From Tubiluchus corallicola (taxonomy: Eukaryota > Animalia > Priapulida), in the NCBI GenBank assembly GCA_030141605.1, contig JAQGDQ010001711.1, forward strand, positions 1 to 28,337: DNA of 28,337 bases. The letters are read 5' to 3'. This document shows positions 21,431-28,337 of this stretch, in pieces (within the stretch, counting starts at the first letter, position 1; every line of letters starts with the position of its first letter). The position numbers and the translations under genes are program-made. Under the pieces are notes generated by a model. That model searched no databases, was not told the origin of the DNA, and was given only the letters and a program-made list of their open reading frames with translations.

Positions 21431-22779
21431 TTTTTTGCTAATGGAATTTTCTGACCTACTCTGCTTGTCGAGAACTTGTATAAATGGCTGGTGTAACTAC
21501 AGACACGAGATGAAATAATTTAAACTTTGAACTTTTTATCAGTTTTATGCTCTACAATCATTAAAGGTAAACATACCGTCATAATTTTATCATGTCAACG
21601 CTGCCTCGCCTTATACAAACAACTAACTGTACACTCTCTGTACACTCGATTCATAAACTGCACCGACTAAGAAAAATAACTCTTCACTTTGTCCAGTCAA
21701 CATAGATGAATAACTTGAACACAAGAAAACCCTCCACTTACGTAAAGCTCAAAAAATTGCTTTGAAATTTTAAACCGCTTACATACTGCCTCTGCACGCA
21801 GGGCTTACGTCGGCAGTAATGCTATATAGTCAAACTCTGGCGATGACCGTTGCACGCAGCCATTTTAAAGCCAACTCATTTGAAACAAGTTTAGACAACA
21901 CTGAATAAAGATGACAGCATTTGTAATTGTAAAGAAGAAGCTATTCAGTTGCAAATTTGTTGATCTAAGATCAAGGAATGATTTTATCAACTTAATTCAT
22001 TTCATTTTTGACTTGGTAAGAGTCTTGTGTTTTCGTATTTTAATTGTTGCATGTTAGTGTGGTCAACATGATATCAATACCAGCATAAATCTGTCTATCT
22101 ATCATTGCCTCAGTGAAGTACGTATCACGTCATCTATATTCCGTAGAATTTAGTATCTGTGAAATGAAATGTCTGTCTAACTGGTGGGCATCCTTCTGTC
22201 TCAGAAGACAATGGAGTATGCGCCAAGAGAGTCAGTTATTGATCACAATGATGGAGCTGCAGCGTTGACTGTGGCTGAGCAGTCCGATCCTTAAACCACT
22301 GGAGTGGCCTCTCCAGGGCGCTTGCCTGGGCAAGGTGTATGGACAAACAGTTTAAACAATTACTTGTGGTATATTAGAAACACTATTAACCTGGTTTCTA
22401 CGTGGTCATTATAAATTACATGTACTTGCATAGCGCCTATATTCGAACAGGTTGTGCAACTACCTGTTGTTTAATACGTTGCACCTGTTCGTTATGTGGC
22501 ACTTATATTAAAGCTATGCTCAGTAATAGTCTGTGTTATAAAATGCGCCTTTACATGAATATCATAGTATACACATTTCCCGGGGAGAATAAGAACTTTT
22601 TCTAAAATGTGACGCCCGTCAAACTATGGCGCCCTAGTCTATAACCTAGTTATGTTATTGGTTAATATGCACCTTCTTAATTTATTCAAATTTTATTTAC
22701 CTGTAGAACAACTCCCTGCAACAAACAGAGGGACACCTGGTATATATTTGTTTTTTTAAATGAAGAATTATAGTAATAA

Positions 22780-22856
22780 TAACAATAATAATAATGATGA
22801 TGATGATAATAAACATAATAAGAATAATAACAATAAGAAAAAGAATAATAATAATG
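22780..22856. repeat. Imperfect (AAT/GAT)n microsatellite
   Basis: Direct low-complexity trinucleotide run. Confidence 0.85.
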
Positions 22857-23659
22857 AACTTTTTCTTGGTGGTTTCAAGAAGAAATCGAGTGCGAAGGTG
22901 TCATTTCTGAAGAAAACCTGGAACTTGGTTTCACGTGCTTTTTTTGTTCATCATTTATCGATAGATGGCGCCAGCAAAATTTAGTTACGGCATTGTTTAC
23001 GTTTGGTTACCAACTGTCACACTTCACTGTGTATCATTGTTTACAAATTCAGCATCACAGAGACAACGCGGTATCCAAGGAAGCCGTTGTTAGCAAATTT
23101 GTTTTCTAGCTTACGGACTTTCCGAAGTTTCACGACCAAAACCGAACAAAAAATGTCATGCGGGGAAATGCAACTTCGAGGACCGATATGATTAGGAAGA
23201 AAACCGCGAAGTTCAACAAAATTAGTGTCAAATTTTAAGTTACGATCAAATCTTTTAAATAAAAAATTATTTTTTTTACGTTAAATTTGACTTTTAGCTC
23301 ATACAATTACTAATTAGGACATCACATCTGCCATTGACTGATAATAGTGATATACTGCACTGTGCCGAACTGTTATAAAATGATTATAATTATTATTTTC
23401 TTGTAATTAAATGACATGCAAGGCACAGGAGATGCCTGCAAGTAGCATCTCAAGCGGGCGCAAGTACTACATTTCGTTTCTGGTGTGTATTCATCCGCCG
23501 AATAAATACACTATTTACTGTAAATGATAATTTTTGATGATTTATAATATTCTTTGAATGTTAGAATTAATATTTTTAATATATTTTTATGCAAAATTCA
23601 TCAAATCTATACATTACTGTACAATACGTATTATGCATGTGCAAAAATACTTTAGACGG

Positions 23660-23730
23660 AGTACCGCTAAAACCTGCAAAACAGCGAAAATTCCGCGATA
23701 AACGAACCGCGAAGTAGCGAGGGAGCACTG
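23660..23730. mobile_element. Single terminus of a pogo/Tigger-like element
   Basis: ccgcgataaacgaaccgcgaagtagcgagggagcactg followed by TA, a CAGT-type TIR with ccgcg subterminal repeats. No partner end was found. Confidence 0.55.
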
Positions 23731-24130
23731 TATTCCAATACAGAAAAAAAAACTAATATTTACTGACACTTATTTGTTTATTAAAATACAGTACAATTGT
23801 AGGCCTAGTTCGTGTTTAAAACACAATAACTACATTAAACAACAACCTTGTATACAGCTTACAACTCTGATATTGCAATGACAAAGACGGACACATTTTA
23901 AAATGCGATTTACTTAGAAACGTAAATTTTTCTAAACGTAAATCCTCTCTCTAAAAACGTAATTAATACGCACGATTAGAAGAAAAATTTATGATAGAAG
24001 TCTATAACATTGTTAAAACAATAATACTTTGATTATCCAGTGATTGTCGCAACGTTAACAACGTAGTCTTATAACAAAGTATAGCACCCAATAATAGATA
24101 ACATACAAACGAATATAAAATTTCTTATTA

Positions 24131-24782
24131 CAGTGGCACAACCTGTATAAGGCACACGATATTTTGCATTTCATTTCTCGCTATAAGGTATATACCTCGG
24201 ATATAATGCACTCGCTGATAAGGGACAGTCGCTTATAAAGGACCACCAACACCAGACCTGATTTTTCGTAATGTTTTTCCTATGTAAAAATCTTCGTATA
24301 TAAGGTACTCGGATATAAGGGACTTTCGCTTATAAGTTACTACCAACACCAGACCTGATTTTTCGTAGTGTTTTTCCTATGTAAAAAATTCATTTATAAG
24401 GCACTCGGATATAAGGGCTTTTGGTTATAAGGGACGATATCTTCAGGTCCCGCTTAATAGAAACCCAGGTAAATTACCTCGCATATAAGGGACCCTATAA
24501 TCAAAGTGAAATTGATCGATTTTTAACCCCAATTTTTTGCAAACTCGACCCTCGAACTGCTCGGTTTCCGCGGTCACATACATCTTGCATCACTGAAGGA
24601 GCTTCCTACATACCGTTTGCAGTGAATGTGTAACAATAATCCATAAAAATATGGGTAAAAGTGCAGAAAGGTACAAGTCTAAATACACCCTCGGTCTGAC
24701 TCAACTTCAGCTAGAAGGGACATCGGATATAAGGGACAATTTTTTCCGGTCTGGAAGTGTCCCCTATATCTGAGGTTGACTG
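24131..24782. mobile_element. Second, inverted copy of the 663-1147 MITE family with an internal duplication
   Basis: About 24215-24782 is the reverse complement of 663-1120 with substitutions. It ends gaggttgactg-TA; 24230-24330 is duplicated at 24330-24430; the left end is uncertain. Confidence 0.85.
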
Positions 24783-25075
24783 TACAAGTGTTTACGGAAA
24801 TTTTCGAATAAACATAATGTTACCTCGACAATGGTAAACCAGTCATGTTAAACATTGAGGGTGAAAAATGGCAAAGTTATTTTTACCCCATAACGAATAA
24901 ACTTCTAGTGTGTCGTTACAGACTTTCAGAAGTAAATTACTTCAAGACTTCAAAATGAAATCGTGGTTTTTCACAAAACTCAATGAATTTTGGTGACGAA
25001 ATGAACCCGTCTTGCTTGTATTACTCCGGAAGAAAGCTATAGTTAAAAGAAAACCAGACCTAATCTTAAAGGAAA

Positions 25076-25209
25076 TAATAATTAGCTTAAAAAGTTAATT
25101 AACATTAATTTCGATGTCACGAAAATGGGCTCTACGTCATATGACGTCAGAAACTAACACTGCAGTTCGTGATCACGGTTATCACGGTGCCGCCTTCTAT
25201 TTGTCGGCC
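25076..25209. repeat. Dispersed repeat fragment, inverted counterpart of 10915-11142
   Basis: Reverse-complement match read by eye. Confidence 0.8.
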
Positions 25210-25669
25210 ACGTGAATGTGACAAATGTGAATGCAGTTTTGATTTAAAAATAATGAAAATCGTAACACCGTAACAACGGCTATGTAAAAAAAATTACCAT
25301 AGAATAAGCACCGTAAAGTGTCTGTACAATTATCTCTATCTACATACACGTGTTACTGGCTACATACACGTAATAGAAATAAAATCTAATTTAACATAAA
25401 ATGAATGACAAATACGTAATACAGTAATCAGTCTTACAGTACGATAAAATCAAGTGTTATTCTTAAAACATGTATGACAACTTAATAAGTACTGGTGCCA
25501 TTTGCCGTCTAAAAGGCCGTGTCCGTTTTTCTGCACGGCCCAACAGTCAACCTGCAACAGTTTAAACAAAAATTACATTAAAAACGACATGGAAGTTTTG
25601 ATGTCCTTACAAACACAGTAATACAAAAATAGATAAAACTTTTGTATAATTATATTAAGTAAATAATTA

Positions 25670-26232
25670 CCGTATTTTCCCATGTATAAGAGACCCTTGT
25701 GTATAAGAGACCCCTTCAATTTTTAGGCAAAAATTCTGGAAAAAAGTTTTTTGGTAATGAATAACTTTATTCATCATAGAAATCATTAAATTCCTCATCA
25801 CTCTCATCAAAAATATCAAACCTGTAACAGGAAAAGAGAAAACGAGGAGATAATGCCTGTGTCACGATGCTTGTATTGCTTACAACCGCTTCATAGTCGA
25901 ACGCGACACGCCTTGCTTAGGCTGACCTCGTTGACCTCTGCCGACGTATCAATGACGTCGACGGGCATGCAGAGAGCTTATGCAGATGCGTTGATTGGCT
26001 GCAGAACAATCGATTTCTCTCCAATACCAAAGAGACATTTAAAAAAATAATAACTTACCCGGTACATTAATTTCGAAATAAAACAGTTGTAGAGCACTTA
26101 TTTCTTTAAAATCATTAGTGTCACAATTTATGCATCTTATTGAAAAGACTTACTCCCATGTATAAGAGACCCCCTATTTTTAAAGTGAAAATTCTGAGCA
26201 AAAAAGGGTCTCTTATACACGGGAAAATACGG
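25670..26232. mobile_element. Tc1/mariner-type MITE (563 bp)
   Basis: TIRs ccgtattttcccatgtataagagaccc / gggtctcttatacacgggaaaatacgg, TA on both sides, internal tgtataagagaccc repeats. Confidence 0.92.
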
Positions 26233-26889
26233 TAACTAATTAAAATGGGAGCAGATCATCAAATCTGTAGAAATTTGCAATCATTTTATTGTAAAACGTA
26301 CAGAATGTTCACAGACCATAAAATTGAACAAACAATCATAAAGTTAGCAATATGATATTTAACAGTAGAAAATTTGCATCCTTTCTCAATGCTGTCTCTA
26401 GATCAACTGAAACTTTCATGCCTGAGAGAATAAAGCTCTAATCACATGACCAGACATACAAGTTCCTATTGGAAGCTACATCACATTCATGCATACAGAC
26501 CATAAATGGAAAGGTCATCTATACTCTACAGACTACTAGTTAAACCAAAATCAAAGTCTACTTGGCTTCTTTGATAGCAGGATAGAGATTATTGGTTTAC
26601 AGAAAGCTGTGTTATAATGTTATATTTTTTCTCTATTTAAACTTGAATAAGAGAGTTAGAACCAGAATTAAAGCATGAAATTAACAATCTAATTACACTG
26701 AATAATGAATATCTCAATCAAAACAAAAGGAAACAATATTTAGAAACAAAAATCAATCTCGATCTAATAAAAAGTAAAACTACTATTAGCTTGTTAAAAA
26801 TTTTGCACAGAAACTGCAGCTAAACTGCACTAATTGCTGTTTCAATCATTTTAATGATAAAGAACGTACGTGGGCTGAATCTATAATTT

Positions 26890-26958
26890 TAGGTTGGAAT
26901 CGAACTCGAACTAAAAAACATGTTCGAATAGGATTCGAATGTTCGATGCTCACTCCTA
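26890..26958. mobile_element. Orphan terminus related to the 3818-5143 hAT family
   Basis: ttcgaatgttcgatgctcactccta resembles ggaacgttcaatgctcaccccta at 5121-5143, with similar tcgaa subterminal repeats. Confidence 0.6.
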
Positions 26959-27972
26959 GCGTAGGGACACTCTTGCCTAACAGACGGTTTAACACCACCT
27001 TATGTACATGCATTGTTTTATCTAACAGTCATTAGACACCTCACCTTTTTTCTCAATCGTTCATCTTTTCGTTGACTCTTTTTCACTCTAACCTTCCTTC
27101 CTTCCGTGTAAAGCACAGCTTTCTGACTCTTGTGTATAGTATTACGGCTGGCGTTACTCTTTCTCAGTCGTACCTTCACCCTCCGATGGTACAGCTCGCC
27201 TAATATGGGCAAAATTGATTAGAAACATAAAAGAAAAGATGAACGTAACTTAAAGCAAAACCGGACCCAATGTTAAACTGTAGGTCAAAACAATCTACTC
27301 TTTAAAATATTGAAAGGAAACATACTATTATTTTATAAATGACTTTCGTCAAAGCATTGTTACCACGCAAACACAATTTCACGTTTGCGCCACTAGTTCT
27401 TTGCTGTTACGTGCAAAATTTTTAACAAGCTAATAGTAGTTTACTTTTTATTAGATCGAGATTGATTTTTGTTTCTAAATATTGTTTCCTTTTGCTTTTA
27501 TAGATATTCATTAATCAGAGTAATTAAATTGTTAATTTCATGCTTTAATTCTGGTTCTAACTCTCTTATTCAAGTTAAAATAGAGAAAAATTATAACATT
27601 ATAACACAGCTTTCTGTAAACCAATAATCTTTATTCTGCTATCAAAGAAGCCAAGTAGACTTTGATTTTGGTTTGACTAGTAGTCTGTAGAGTATAAGTG
27701 ACCTTTCCATTTATGGTCTGTATGCATGAATGTGATGTACCTTCCAATAGGAACTTGTATGTCTGGTCATGTGACTGCAGCTTTATTCTCTCAGGCATGC
27801 AAGTTTCAGTTGATCTAGAGACAGCATTGAGAAAGGATGCAAAATTTCTACTGTAAAATATCATATTGCTAACTTTATGACTGTTTGTTCTCTGTGAACA
27901 TTGTATACGTTTTACAATAAAATGATTGCAAATTTCTACAGATTTGATGACCTGTCCCATTTTAATTAGTTA

Positions 27973-28337
27973 CCGTATTTTCCCGTGGCAGAACTTTGCT
28001 CAGAATTTTCACCTTAAAAATAGGGGGTCTCTTATACATGGGAGTAAGTCTTTTCAATAAGATGCATAAATTGTGACACTAATGATTTTAAAGAAATAAG
28101 TGCTCTACAACTGTTTTATTTCGAAATTAATGTACCGGGTAAGTTATTATTTTTTTAAATGTCTCTTTGGTATTGGAGAGAAATCGATTGTTCTGCAGCC
28201 AATCAACGCATCTGCATAAGCTCTCTGCATGCCCGTCGACGTCATTGATACGTCGGCAGAGGTCAACGAGGTCAGCCTAAGCAAGGCGTGTCGCGTTCGA
28301 CTATGAAGCGGTTGTAAGCAATACAAGCATCGTGACA
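27973..28337. mobile_element. Inverted partial copy of the 25670-26232 MITE with a damaged TIR
   Basis: Starts ta-ccgtattttcccgtg; the rest of the TIR is replaced by gcagaac; near-identical to the first copy thereafter. Confidence 0.88.

Larger units (their letters stand above)
13035..21694. repeat. Tandem segmental duplication, ~3.4-kb unit, about 2.5 copies
   Basis: Equivalent positions at 13035, 16486 and 19903 (periods 3451 and 3417); homology ends near 21694. Confidence 0.95.
25860..28337. repeat. Large inverted repeat: arms 25860-26808 and 27411-28337 (runs off the window), ~600-bp spacer
   Basis: The window end cgtgaca is the reverse complement of tgtcacg at 25860. Collinear reverse-complement matching continues in to ttttgcac (26808) / gtgcaaaa (27411). 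Confidence 0.95.

Noticed and set aside
27631-27960. 109-aa ORF in the right arm of the inverted repeat
   Set aside because: The matching left-arm sequence (from 26245) has an indel and stop codons; no recognisable domain.

Overview
AT-rich animal (most likely aquatic invertebrate) genomic DNA; no prokaryotic features. The main hidden feature is a minus-strand selenoprotein L (SelL/SELENOL-like) gene that the ORF track splits into pieces. It has two in-frame TGA codons forming a U-N-P-U (UxxU) motif at 6343-6332, a C-terminal segment at 5312-5173 and a well-formed type-2 SECIS at 3724-3804. Two non-autonomous hAT elements with 8-bp target-site duplications interrupt it: one in the CDS (5321-6039) and one between the stop codon and the SECIS (3818-5143). 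The second element's own ends supply a GT donor and an AG acceptor, so it could be spliced like an introner. A candidate TATA/Inr first exon lies near 10.7 kb. The right half holds a ~3.4-kb tandem triplication of BTB-BACK(-MATH-like) genes plus scrambled remnants of a fourth copy. The spacers between these genes carry a plus-strand chain of splice sites and micro-exon-like 76-bp repeats. The rest is Tc1/mariner-type MITEs, four satellites (137, 47, 47 and 35 bp units), microsatellites and an inverted duplication of at least 0.93 kb at the right edge. All calls come from reading the sequence by eye; no database searches were run.
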